Part shown: positions 14,161-27,194 of the stretch, piece by piece | How positions within the stretch are numbered: the first letter of the stretch is position 1 | Layout: each line of letters begins with the position of its first letter | From: Paragordius varius | Taxonomy: Eukaryota > Animalia > Nematomorpha | Length of the DNA: 64,000 nucleotides | Assembly: GCA_964247055.1 (NCBI GenBank) | Contig: OZ176057.1 | Location: 1,984,001 to 2,048,000 of the forward strand | Direction of reading: 5' to 3' | Position numbers and translations under genes: made by a program | The notes under the pieces: generated by a model | Seen by the model: the letters and a program-made list of their open reading frames with translations, nothing else | Database searches by the model: none | Told to the model about the DNA's origin: nothing

Positions 14161-15059
14161 CTGATCAAGAAAAATGGTTAATTAAAATTTTTTTTAAAGT
14201 AGGTAAAAAAAGTGCTATTTTGCGGTAAAAATAAAGGAACAGTATAATATATCCTAAAAAAATAACTAATTTGTTTTAAATCAATTATCTTCTTTAATTA
14301 AAGAGCATTAAAATCGACTCATCAATTTTAATAAAAAATTAATTTATTTTAGAAAAAATGTAAAGATGGAAAATAGTAATAAAATCTGTTCTAAAATTTA
14401 ATCTAAATATAATTACCGAATTAATCCATAATATTCAATTAAGCTTTTTCAATACACTTCGTTTCAGTTTCGGGCAGCTAATTACTTAAGCAACACACTC
14501 TACAGTAAATTAAAGAAAAATGTAATAAATGATGATTGAATATTACGTTACGATATAAAATAAAAAATTTTTTACAAACCATAGATATTTACAAATTTAT
14601 ATTCTATATATTGTACATTTTTAAAAAATTTCAACTATCTTTAGAATATCTCAAGCTAGCCAATTTTAAAACTAAAAACAATTGATTAATTAAAACTACT
14701 GATCAGATGATAAAGCTAATTATATAAAAACAGTTGATAATTTTAATAATGCATTTATAAACAATTTATAAAACAAAACAATTATTATCTAAAATATATA
14801 AATAATAATTCAAAACTGATTAACAAAATAAAAAATAATAATTACCCAATTCCGAAACATTCCAAGTATTTTCTACATCAGTTTTGTTGAGCAGTAGGCC
14901 AGTTCTGCGTACTTCTGTAAGACATCACACTCTAAACAAAAAAAATGGATGTTACAATATATTGAGATTAAAAATATAAATACGCTATTTAAAATGGCTA
15001 ATTGGTTAAAATTATATAATTTATATAATAAAGGTGGCATATATTTGCAGAAAAACAAT

Positions 15060-15730
15060 TTTGCGGTTCTTAAAAAAATTTGCCGTTTTTTAAAGAATTT
15101 TGAAGCTTTTTAGAGAGCTTTAGCGGTATTTAGACATTTTTAAGGCATGTTACAGATATTTAGCGGGTTTAATAAAATTTTAACAATTTTGAGAGAATTT
15201 CAGCGCATTATTTGATCTTAAAAGAATATTTACGCTTTTTAAACAATATTAGAGATTTTTAGCGGTTTTTAAAAAGTTTTAGCGGTTTTTAAAAAGTTTT
15301 AGCGGTTTTTAAAAAGTTTTAGCGGTTTTTGGAAAGTTTTGGTTTTTGGTTTAGCGTTTTTGGAAAATTTTATTTAGCGTTTTTGGAAAGTTTTAGCGTT
15401 TTTGGAAAGTTTTAGCGGTTTTTAGATATTTTTAGCGGTTTTTAGATATTTTTAGCGGTTTTTAGATAGTTTTAGCGGTTTTTAGATAGTTTTAGCGGTT
15501 TTTAGATAATGTGAGCGGTTATAAATTAGTTTTAGTGGTTTTTGGAAAGTTTTATCGGTTTTTAGAAAGTTTTAGCGGTTTTTAAAAAGTTTTATCGGTT
15601 TTTGGAAAGTTTTAGCAATTTTTAGAAAATTTCAAGCGCATTTTTTTAATTTAAAAGAAATTTTAGCAAAAAAGCGGTTTTTGGAAAGTTTTAGCGGTTT
15701 TTGAATTGTTTAACCGGTTTTTTGAACAGT
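15060..15730 (+). repeat. T-rich satellite, ~20-21-bp unit TTTTAGCGGTTTTT(A/G)GA(A/T)A(G) (also at 43868-44538)
   Basis: Clear tandem copies at ~15255-15620, with degenerate edges. Confidence 0.88.
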
Positions 15731-15774
15731 AGGAAAAATAGACTTTTTAGATAGTTTTTAAAAAACAGCTTATT

Positions 15775-16495
15775 ATTAAAAACAATTGATTATTAAAAAC
15801 AATTGATTATTAAAAACAATTGATTAATTAAAACAACTAATTAATTACAATTACTGATTAATTACAACAACTGATTAATAAAAACAACTCATTTATTAAA
15901 ACAACTGATTAATAAAAACAACTAATTAATAAAAACAACTCATTTATAAAAACAACTTATTAATAAAAACAACTGAGTATTAATTAAACTGATTAATAAA
16001 AACAAATGATTAATAAAAACAACTAATTAATACACCAACTGATTAATTAAAACAACTGATTAATAAAAACAACTAATTAATAAAAACAACTAATTAATAC
16101 ACCAACTGATTAATTAAAACAACTGATTAATTAAAACAACTGATTAATAAAAACAACTGATTAATAATAACAACTGATTAATTACAACAACTGATTAATT
16201 ACAACAACTGATTAATTAAAAACTGATAAATAAAAAACAACTGATTAATTAAAAAACTGATAAATAAAAACAACTGATAAATAAAAACAACTGATTAATT
16301 AAAACAGCTGATTAATTTAATTAAAGAAAAAATACCTGATTAAAAGATTAAAGTAAACAACTGATTAATTAAAACAACTGATTAATCAAAACAACTGATT
16401 AATTAAAACAACTGACTAATTAAAACAACTGACTAATTAAAACAACTGACTAATTAAAACATTAATTAAAACAACTGATTAATTAAAACAACTAT
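15775..16495 (+). repeat. A-rich satellite, ~16-bp unit AAAACAACTGATTAAT(T/A) (also at 44583-45303)
   Basis: Dozens of tandem copies with few variants. Confidence 0.92.
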
Positions 16496-16859
16496 ATGAT
16501 AAACCATTAGCGTTATTTTAGAATAAAGGTTTGCGTTTCCAAAATAATAATTTAGCAACTTTTAAATATAAATTTAGCTATTTATTTAAATAAAAATAGG
16601 TATTTTTGAAAAGTTAGTGTTTAAAAAATCAGAGATATTTTAAAAGAAATTTGGAATTTAAAAAAGGTTTGCGGTTTTAAAGTAAAGGTTATGGTTTATA
16701 CATAATTTAGCGGTTTAGAAATTTTTGCGGTTTTTAAATGACTATTTTTTAATGATTTTATTTAGTATTTTTATTGTTTTTATTTAAATTTATTATTTTG
16801 GAGATATTTTTTAAAATTTTTCAGAAATATTTAAAAAAGAGAGCATATTTTTAAAGTTT

Positions 16860-19800
16860 TTAGGGTATTTTATAGAAATTTAACCTTATTTTTTAGAATT
16901 TTTAGCGCATTTTAATGGAAATTTAACCTTATTTATAATTTTTAGCGTATTTTTTAGAATTTAACCTTATTTTTTAGAATTTTTAGGGTTTAATGGAAAT
17001 TTAACCTTATTTTTTTGAATTTTTAGCCTATTTTTTTGAATTTTTAGCTTATTTTTTTGAATTTTTAGCGTATTTTAATGGAAATTTAACCTTATTTTTA
17101 ATTTTTTAGAATTTTTAGCGTATTTTAATGGAAATTTAACCTTATTTTTTTATAATTTTTAGCGTATTTTTTAGAATTTAACCTTATTTTTTAGAATTTT
17201 TAGCGTATATTAATGGAAATTGAACCTTGTTTTTTTTTAAATTTTTAGCATATTATTTAGAATTTTTAGCGCATTTTTTAGAATTTTTAGCGTATTTTAA
17301 TGGAAATTTAGCCTTATTTTTTAGAATTTTTAGCGTATTTTTTACAATTTTTAGCGCATATTAATGGAAATTTAACCCTATTTTTTTATAATTTTTAGCG
17401 TATTTTTTAGAATTTAACCTTATTTTTTAGAATTTTTAGCGTATATTAATGGAAATTGAACCTTGTTTTTTTTTAAATTTTTAGCATATTATTTAGAATT
17501 TTTAGCGCATTTTTTAGAATTTTTAGCGTATTTTAATGGAAATTTAGCCTTATTTTTTAGAATTTTTAGCGTATTTTTTACAATTTTTAGCGCATATTAA
17601 TGGAAATTTAACCCTATTTTCTTATTTTTTCCGTATTTAAATGGAAATTTAACCCTATTTTTTTATAATTTTTAGCGCATTTTTTATAATTTTTAGCGCA
17701 TTTTTTAGAATTTTTAGCGCATTTTTTAGAATTTTTAGCGCATTTTTTAGAATTTTTAGCGCATTTTTTAGAATTTTTAGCGCATTTTTTAGAATTTTTA
17801 GCGTATTTTTTAGAATTTTTAGCGTATTTTTTAGAATTTTTAGCGTATTTTTTAGAATTTTTAGCGTATTTTTTAATAATTTTTAGCGTATTTTTTAGAA
17901 TTTTTAGCGCATTTTTAAAATTTTTAGCGTATATTAATGGAAATTTAACCCTATTTTTTTAGAATTTTTAGCGCATTTTTTGGAATTTTTAGCGCATTTT
18001 TTAGAATTTTTAGCGCATTTTTTAGAATTTTTAGCGCATTTTTTAGAATTTTTAGCGCATTTTTTAGAATTTTTTCCGTATTTTAATGGAAATTTAACAT
18101 TATTTTTTTATAATTTTTAGCGTATTTTTTATAATTTTTAGCGCATTTTTTAGAATTTTTAGCGCATTTTTAGAATTTTTAGCGCATTTTTTAGAATTTT
18201 TAGCGTATTTTTAAAATTTTTAGCGTATTTTTTAGAATTTTTAACGTATATTAATAAAAATTTAACCCTATTTTTTTAGAATAGCGTATTTTTTAGAATT
18301 TTTAGCCTATTTTTTTGAATTTTTAGCTTATTTTTTTGAATTTTTAGCTTATTTTTTTGAATTTTTAGCGTATTTTAATGGAAATTTAACCTTATTTTTA
18401 ATTTTTTAGAATTTTTAGGGTATTTTAATGGAAATTTTACCTTATTTTTTAGAATTTTTAGCGCATTTTTTATAATTTTTAGCGTATTTTAATGGAAATT
18501 TAACCCTTTTTTAGCATATTATTTAGAATTTTTAGCGCATTTTTTAGAATTTTTAGCGTATTTTAATGGAAATTTAGCCTTATTTTTTAGAATTTTTAGC
18601 GTATTTTTTACAATTTTTAGCGCATATTAATGGAAATTTAACCCTATTTTCTTATTTTTTCCGTATTTAAATGGAAATTTAACCCTATTTTTTTATAATT
18701 TTTAGCGTATTTTTTAGAATTTTTAGCGCATTTTTTAGAATTTTTAGCGCATTTTTTAGAATTTTTAGCGCATTTTTTAGAATTTTTTCCGTATTTTAAT
18801 GGAAATTTAACATTATTTTTTTTATAATTTTTAGCGTATTTTTTATAATTTTTAGCGCATTTTTTAGAATTTTTAGCGCATTTTTAGAATTTTTAGCGCA
18901 TTTTTTAGAATTTTTAGCGTATTTTTAAAATTTTTAGCGTATTTTTTAGAATTTTTAACGTATATTAATAAAAATTTAACCCTATTTTTTTAGAATAGCG
19001 TATTTTTTAGAATTTTAGCGTATATTAATGGAAATTTAACCCTATTTTTTTAGAATTTCAAGCGCATTTTTTAGAATTGTTAGCGTATTTTTTATAATTT
19101 TTAGCGTATTTTTTAGAATTTAACTTATTTTTTAGAATTTAACCTTATTTTTTAGAATTTTAAGCGCATTTTTAGAATTTTTAACGTATATTAATGGAAA
19201 TTTAACCCTATTTTTTAGAATATTAAGCGTATATTTTAGAATTTTTAGCGTATTTTTTACAATTTTTGGCGTATATTAATGGAAATTTAACCCTATTTTT
19301 TTATAATTTTTAGTGTATTTTTTAGAATTTAACCTTATTTTTTAGAATTTTAAGCGTATTTTTTAAAATTTTTTACGTTTTTTTTAATAATTTTTAGCGT
19401 ATTTTTTAGAATTTAACCTTATTTTTTAGAATTTTTAGCGTATATTAATGGAAATTGAACCTTGTTTTTTTTTAAATTTTTAGCATATTATTTAGAATTT
19501 TTAGCGCATTTTTTAGAATTTTTAGCGCATTTTTTAGAATTTTTAGCGCATTTTTTAGAATTTTTAGCGTATTTTTTAGAAATTTTAGCGCATTTTTTAG
19601 AATTTTTTCCGTATTTTAATGGAAATTTAACCCTATTTTTTTATAATTTTTAGAGTAATTTTTAGAATTTTTAGCGTATTTTTTAGAATTTTTAGCGCAT
19701 TTTTTATAATTTTTAGCGCATTTTTATAATTTTTAGCGCATTTTTTAGAATTTTTTCCGTATTTTAATGGAAATTTAACCCTATTTTTTTATAATTTTTA

Positions 19801-22265
19801 GCGTATTTTTTATAATTTTTAGCGCATTTTTTATAATTTTTAGCGCATTTTTTATAATTTTTAGCGCATTTTTTATAATTTTTAGCGCATTTTTTATAAT
19901 TTTTAGCGCATTTTTTATAATTTTTAGCGCATTTTTTATAATTTTTAGCGCATTTTTATAATTTTTAGCGCATTTTTTAGAATTTTTAGCGTATTTTTTA
20001 GAATTTTTAGCGTATTTTTCAGAATTTTTAGCGTATTTTTTAGAATTTAACCTTATTTTTTAGAATTTTTAGCGTATTTTTTAAAATTTTTAGCGTATAT
20101 TAATGGAAATTTAACCCTATTTTTTTAGAATTTCAAGCGCATTTTTTAGAATTTTTAGCGCATTTTTTATAATTTTTAGCGCATTTTTTACAATTTTTAG
20201 CGTATATCAATGGAAATTTAACCCTATTTTTTTATAATTTTTAGCGTATTTTTTAGAATTTAATCTTATTATTTTTAGCGTATTTTTTAGAATTTAACCT
20301 TATTTTTTAGAATTTAATGGAAATTTAACCCTATTTTTTATAATGTTTAGCGTATTTTTTAGAATTTTTACCGTATATTAATAGAAATTTAACTTTATTA
20401 TTTAGAATTTTTAGCGTATTTTAATGGAAATTTAACCTTATTTTTTTGAATTTTTAGCTTATTTTTTAGAATTTTTAGCGTATTTTAATAGAAATTTAAC
20501 CTTATTTTTTTGAATTTTTAGCTTATTTTTTAGAATTTTTAGCGTATTTCAATGGAAATTTAACCTTATTTTTTAGAATTTTTAGCGTATTTTTTAGAAT
20601 TTAACCTTATTCTTTAGAATTTTTAGCGTATTTTTTACAATTTTTTACGTTTTTTTATAATTTTTAGCGTATTTTTTAGAATTTAACTTATTTTTTAGAA
20701 TTTAACCTTATTTTTTAGAATTTTAAGCGCATTTTTAGAATTTTTAACGTATATTAATGGAAATTTAACCCTATTTTTTAGAATATTAAGCGTATATTTT
20801 AGAATTTTTAGCGTATTTTTTACAATTTTTGGCGTATATTAATGGAAATTTAACCCTATTTTTTTATAATTTTTAGTGTATTTTTTAGAATTTAACCTTA
20901 TTTTTTAGAATTTTTAGCGTATTTTTTAAAATTTTTTACGTTTTTTTTTAATAATTTTTAGCGTATTTTTTAGAATTTAACCTTATTTTTTAGAATTTTT
21001 AGCGTATATTAATGGAAATTGAACCTTGTTTTTTTTTAAATTTTTAGCATATTATTTAGAATTTTTAGCGCATTTTTTAGAATTTTTAGCGCATTTTTTA
21101 GAATTTTTAGCGTATTTTTTAGAAATTTTAGCGCATTTTTTAGAATTTTTTCCGTATTTTAATGGAAATTTAACCCTATTTTTTTATAATTTTTAGCGTA
21201 TTTTTTAGAATTTTTAGAGTAATTTTTAGAATTTTTAGCGTATTTTTTAAAATTTTTAGCGCATTTTTTATAATTTTTAGCGCATTTTTTAGAATTTTTT
21301 CCGTATTTTAATGGAAATTTAACCCTATTTTTTTATAATTTTTAGCGCATTTTTTATAATTTTTAGCGCATTTTTTATAATTTTTAGCGCATTTTTTATA
21401 ATTTTTAGCGCATTTTTTATAATTTTTAGCGCATTTTTATAATTTTTAGCGCATTTTTTAGAATTTTTAGCGTATTTTTTAGAATTTTTAGCGTATTTTT
21501 CAGAATTTTTAGCGTATTTTTTAGAATTTAACCTTATTTTTTAGAATTTTTAGCGTATTTTTTAAAATTTTTAGCGTATATTAATGGAAATTTAACCCTA
21601 TTTTTTTAGAATTTCAAGCGCATTTTTTAGAATTTTTAGCGCATTTTTTATAATTTTTAGCGCATTTTTTACAATTTTTAGCGTATATCAATGGAAATTT
21701 AACCCTATTTTTTTATAATTTTTAGCGTATTTTTTAGAATTTAATCTTATTATTTTTAGCGTATTTTTTAGAATTTAACCTTATTTTTTAGAATTTAATG
21801 GAAATTTAACCCTATTTTTTATAATGTTTAGCGTATTTTTTAGAATTTTTAGCGTATTTTTTAGAATTTTTACCGTATATTAATAGAAATTTAACTTTAT
21901 AATTTAGAATTTTTAGCGTATTTTAATGGAAATTTAACCTTATTTTTTTGAATTTTTAGCTTATTTTTTAGAATTTTTAGCGTATTTTAATAGAAATTTA
22001 ACCTTATTTTTTTGAATTTTTAGCTTATTTTTTAGAATTTTTAGCGTATTTCAATGGAAATTTAACCTTATTTTTTAGAATTTTTAGCGTATTTTTTAGA
22101 ATTTAACCTTATTTTTTAGAATTTAACCTTATTTTTTAGAATTTTTAGCGTATTTTAATGGAAATTTAACCTTATTTTTTAGAATTTTTAGCGTATTTTA
22201 ATGGAAATTTAACCTTATTTTTTAGAATTTTTAGCGTATTTTAATAGAAATTTAACCTTATTTTT
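16860..22265 (+). repeat. 5.4-kb T-rich satellite mixing TTTTTAGCG(C/T)ATTTTTTAGAA (21 bp), TTTAACC(C/T)TATTTTTTAGAA and TTAATGGAAA modules
   Basis: Continuous tandem array. Rare variants recur at ~240, ~1030 and ~1480-1560 bp spacing. Confidence 0.95.
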
Positions 22266-22861
22266 TAAAGTTCGTAGGAAAAGATATTAAATTTTATAAT
22301 TTGTCGTTTTTTTTACATATTTTATTAAAAGTTTTACAATTTTTTTGCCTATATTTTACACAAAAGGAACATTTAGACACCATTATTTAAAAAGATTCAA
22401 TCAAACAAAATTTAATGCATTTCCAGATAATTAAGCCCAGATTCTTTATATTGCTTTTGAAAAAGTATATTCTAAAAACATAACTACCTTTTAAATACTT
22501 TACAATTTTTGATTAATTTTTAAAGCGAAAAAAATCTAGAGAACATATATAAAGAGACCGAAATTTACAAAATTTTAAGCGAAATAGATAGAAAAGGCAC
22601 AATTGTAACATTAATCAATGTAACAAAAATTTATTTTAAGCAATAAATTTTAGGGTTAGGGTATAAATTCGATGTTCAAGTTGTCAGGAAATTAACTAGA
22701 TAGATAATTAAGTTAACATCTTGAAATTATTTGTTAATTTTTTAGATCAATTAATATTAATATACTTTGACAACCTTTTTTTTTCAATTTTAAATTACAT
22801 TTTAATCCTAAATTTTGCATTTGTTTTTCAAAAGAAAACAGGAAAAGACCCATAAGACTTA

Positions 22862-23172
22862 ATAAAATATAATCACATGTTTTTATTTTTTTAAACTTGG
22901 TTTCCTGCTCCCAAATAAAAAACACAAGAAAAATATTTCAGATATTCAGAGATTAAAAATATAAGAATAAATCATATAAAATCACATGTTTTTATCTTTT
23001 TTAAACTTGGTTTCCTGCTATAAAAAACACAAGAAAAATAATTCAGATTTCAAGAGATTAAAAATTTAAGAATAAATCAAATAAAATCACATGTTTTTAT
23101 CTATTTTAAACTTGGTTTCCTGCTCCCAATTAAAAAACACAAGAAAAATATTTCAGATATAACGAGATTAAA
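22862..23172 (+). repeat. Three tandem copies of a ~105-109-bp unit (also at 51670-51980)
   Basis: AATCACATGTTTTTAT..AAACTTGGTTTCCTGCT recurs at ~22871, ~22980 and ~23085. Confidence 0.9.
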
Positions 23173-24983
23173 AATAGTAATGTCACCCATACTTTGTAAC
23201 TAATATATAATATAAACAAATACAAATTTATTTAATAGATGATGTCCAGGATTTCTTAAAACAACGTACGAATTAGTAATATAATATGAGAAATAAATTG
23301 CAAAAATATCCATAAATACTAGATAAAATTTAAAAGTAAAGATAAAAATCATTGGAATAAATTACGGAAAAAAATTAATAAACGTTTAAACATTAATTGT
23401 TTTAGTATTTAATAGTTAGTTCCTTTCACTGAAATGGTTTTTAAAACGATATTTGAATGAAAACTAGCATTTACATTAAACTGTATATTTAAAACAACAA
23501 AATATGTAATAAATCTTACGAAAAAGCGAAATCGTAAGGGCAAAGGCTTTCAATATTTGATTTGAGGACACAACAATACCATCTTTGAAACATGTTGTTT
23601 GATTACCAGGGAGGGTTCCTTTCATTAGTTTCCGTTTCTTGATTATCCATCTAGATCTAAAAATTAAATTTAAAAAAAATAATTTACTTGATGAGTAAAG
23701 TAATTCCATATAATTGTAGCCGGAACAAGAGAGAGAGGAAAAGGCACGCATGCACAATTAATTCCAAAAATTTTGAAAACAAAAAAAATATAAAAATGAT
23801 TATTGCATAAAAATTTATTGTTTATATAGAGAGGGAACTCACGTGTTCCCTCTCTTTCTCTCTGCACCAATCAAATAATTGCGCCTTTTCGAGAAATTTC
23901 GTTCCTTTTGTTTGTTTTGCCCAAAAAACACATTTGCACATATTGTTTTTCTTCTCTTCTTCTTATGTGCTAATAATAAATTATATAATTATTACTAAAT
24001 ATGTGTGCATATAAGGAATTTATTTATTTTTATTGCATCATACTAAGGGTATAACAAACAAACGTATAAATTTTTTCAAAAATGTGCGTTTTAGGATATG
24101 TCTTAAATATCAAACATAAATAATTTGAAAAAATATTAAAATAAAATCTAATTGAAAAAATATCAATTTATTATTATAAGATAATTGAAAAATAGATGTT
24201 GATTTGAAAAATGAAATATTTATTCTATGTCAATCTATAAATTTAACCAATAAAAATATATTATACGTTTCAAAAGCTGTTAAAAAATAATTATGAATTC
24301 GTTAAGAAGCAATTTATATCCTTTTAATTGAACAAATTTTGTACGTATATGTAGTTTTAAAAATAATCTAAAAGTTTCTTTTGAATTTTACTTTAAAGGT
24401 GAAAATAATTCTTATTTAAGTTAATTATATTGTAATCAATCTCACCTTTTTGATTATTTTTTAAATGAGGAAATATGTTTTAAGAATTGAATAAGATTAG
24501 TAGAAAGTTGGTTTAATTTAGTAAGGCCTTTGTAAAAATACAAATTTATACTCTCTTGAATATTGAAATTATTGGTTCGCCAACTTTGAATTATTTATTT
24601 TAAATAAGTGAAAAATATTAAATTTAAAGTATTAGAAAATCTAATGGACATTAAAATTATTTATATATATGTAATCTAGACAAAAACGTATCATTGATAT
24701 AGCCAGAACATTAAGTTAATTATTAACTTTATAGGATTCAGTTTAATCAAACATTATGTCAACTGATAAATTCTGCATTTCAAACACGATATCGCTTTTG
24801 GCAACTCATTAATACAAAAAAAGACGCATGTCTAATTAATTTCAATTGTTTTTGTAAAGCTAGATAGTGATTTTAATGTAAATATTTATGTGAATTCTTC
24901 TTATCCAATAGTAATATCGACTACAAATATTTGATTGTTATACAAAATTGTCAAATTAAATTTATTTAGGTACTTTAAGGGTT

Positions 24984-25090
24984 TCGAGTTTGTGGGCTAG
25001 GGTTAGGGTAAGTCATTGGAGTTGGTTCATTACCTTAAAGAAGTCCGTAGGACTTCCTCGGTCTGATAAGCAGGCCGAGACCCACGCATT
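24984..25090 (+). repeat. G4 + double-hairpin cassette, partly eroded copy (also at 53792-53898)
   Basis: Three G-runs remain. Hairpin 1 is GAAGTCC-GTA-GGACTTC; hairpin 2 has a mutated tip. Confidence 0.88.
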
Positions 25091-25820
25091 TAAATTCAAA
25101 TTTTGTTTTTCTATTAATATTTTCAGTTGTTATCCACTTACATTTATGAAAAATAATTACTTACTAAAACATGTATTTATAATTAATATAAAGAAATTTG
25201 ATAACTTACTCCACAAATAATTGATACTTAATTAATATTTGACAATAGTTTTAGATCTGTGAGCAAAGAAAATCAGAAGATAAAATGTTTTTGTGGTAGT
25301 ATAAATAAAGGTTACGTTCGGTATTGATATGCTAAACCAATGCTTAAAATACGTCTTTGAAATTATATCTAATAATATGTTTGGAAATTTTAAATGCTTT
25401 TATTGATTTTATCTGCTGGCTCATGTTGAAATTTATTAAAACCTATTCAATTATTCCTTTATATACACTCATATTATTTAAAACTTATTTTTAGTTAAAT
25501 TTAATAAAAAAATTAATATTTACTCACAAACCTGACCACTTATGTTTTAAAAATAAAAATTTGTTTTTAAAACATTGCTAATGTGGAAATAGGTAAACTT
25601 AAAATATGTAATACCAGAAGTCTATAAAGTAAGTGTAAACCCTAAATAAGAAAATATCTGTGCAGTTAATACGGGTTAAAATATATGTGCAAGGTTTTAT
25701 TTTCATTTGTGATCAAATGCTTAAAAGTGTTAGAATATAGTCATTTTGAGAAAAATAGGTGATGTGTTTTGACGTCTAACATTTAATCATATATTAATGC
25801 AGTTACAATACTTTAGGTGT

Positions 25821-25926
25821 TCGAGTTTGTGGGCTAGGGTTAGGGTGAGGGATTGGAGTTGGTTCATTTTTTTAAGAAGTCCGCAGGACTTCCTCGGGCT
25901 GCGAAGCAGGCCGAGACCCATGCATT
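25821..25926 (+). repeat. G4 + double-hairpin cassette, intact copy (also at 54629-54734)
   Basis: GGGCTAGGGTTAGGGTGAGGG at 25831-25851; hairpins at 25876-25892 and 25893-25915. Confidence 0.9.
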
Positions 25927-26595
25927 TCATGTTTAAAAATTTTTCTAATTATATTATGAATGAATTACTAAACCTTATATCAAATATTATTGTTATGTGA
26001 TGATATAAAACTACCATCAATTAGACTTATGTATGATATGTTTGAGAGTTGGGTAACAAAAGTAGAAGTTTATTATTTGACTAATATATATAAATCTGTG
26101 TTAGTTTCAGTAAACTGGAGCAATCGATTAAAAATTATTATTGACTTACAAACATTAAATACTATATATTGTATCCTTATTATCATAGTTTAGATAAAAT
26201 AGTTATTTATGCTTTTTGTCGAATTTAAACCAATGTTAATTAAAATTTAAGAGCATTCAGCTATCAGATAATTAATTTATTTTGTCTTCTTAATATTAAT
26301 GCCCTAAATTAAACTTATTAAAAATTTCATCTACTTATAAATCGCTAGTTTTATTTTAATTTACATTTATAAACTAGGATGATAATTCCAAAACAGACCA
26401 CTTACATTTTGGAAAATTTGCTTATCAACATAGCTAAATTTTATTAAATTCTAACTATGTATTTAGGTAATTTTAAATTTTTTTTTGAAAGTTTCAAAGG
26501 ATTAGATCTTAAATGGACAAATTTTAAATTTATAAGGAGAGAATTGGACGAATAATTTATATATTTTTAGGGGGGTAAAGTACTTTATGACATGT

Positions 26596-26660
26596 GAGTT
26601 TGTGGACTAGGTTTAGGATGGTGAATTTAAGTTGGTTCAGTTTCTTAGCCGAGACCAGCC
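26596..26660 (+). repeat. Degenerate cassette copy lacking the hairpins (also at 55404-55468)
   Basis: Retains GAGTTTGTGG.CTAGG, GTTGGTTCA and GCCGAGACC. Confidence 0.72.
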
Positions 26661-26949
26661 TTTTAATTTAAAATGCAAAACAAAGTATACATCTAAAGGT
26701 AGTCAAAATACCTAAAAAACTGTATTATTATATACATTTTTTTGTTACTTGTATGAAAATTGGTAAATATCACATATCAAACAGGATATAATTAATTATA
26801 TTCAAAAAATTTAAAGAAAGTATTTTAAGTTGTTGCATATATTAATTTTTAATACTTAAATTTATATCGCTTATGCTAGAATGTAGTACTCATACATCAT
26901 ACATACATAAATTCAAATCTAATTATATTGTGGTTCGCTCATTTTTTAG

Positions 26950-27194
26950 GAAAATTATGCAAAATTATTTTGGAGCAGAATGGTTTTTTATATTATTTTT
27001 ATATTTAAGGTATTTTGAAAATGCCAGAAAATTCTTATTATCAATTCGAAACTGTTAATGGTATATTGATTAATTGATATTTTTAGGCTCTCAGATATAT
27101 TTGTGTGGCAGAGAGCAATCCGCATGAAGTGGATTGGTTAAAATGCTTGAAACCCAAAATAGCCCTCTGGTGTTTTGCCATTTCATTCTATTGG
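26950..27194 (+). CDS. Candidate exon pair (26950-27009, 27087-27194) of an unidentified, possibly membrane, protein (also at 55758-56002)
   Basis: Both exons are AG/GT-bounded and phase 0, joining to ENYAKLFWSRMVFYIIFIFK-ALRYICVAESNPHEVDWLKCLKPKIALWCFAISFYW. No family recognised and no clean next exon found. Confidence 0.35.

Noticed and set aside
14849-14933. Minus-strand exon with a strong acceptor and donor inside the satellite region
   Set aside because: All three frames from the strong acceptor contain stops; only a weaker internal AG gives an open frame, so support is insufficient.
19462-19653. ORF with FLEFLAH repeats (and 48270-48461)
   Set aside because: Translation of the 21-bp satellite monomer.
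26744-26790. FVTCMKIG resembling the missing AMMECR1 FVTWKIG exon
   Set aside because: No Trp, no LRGCIGTF downstream, and an early stop; likely chance.
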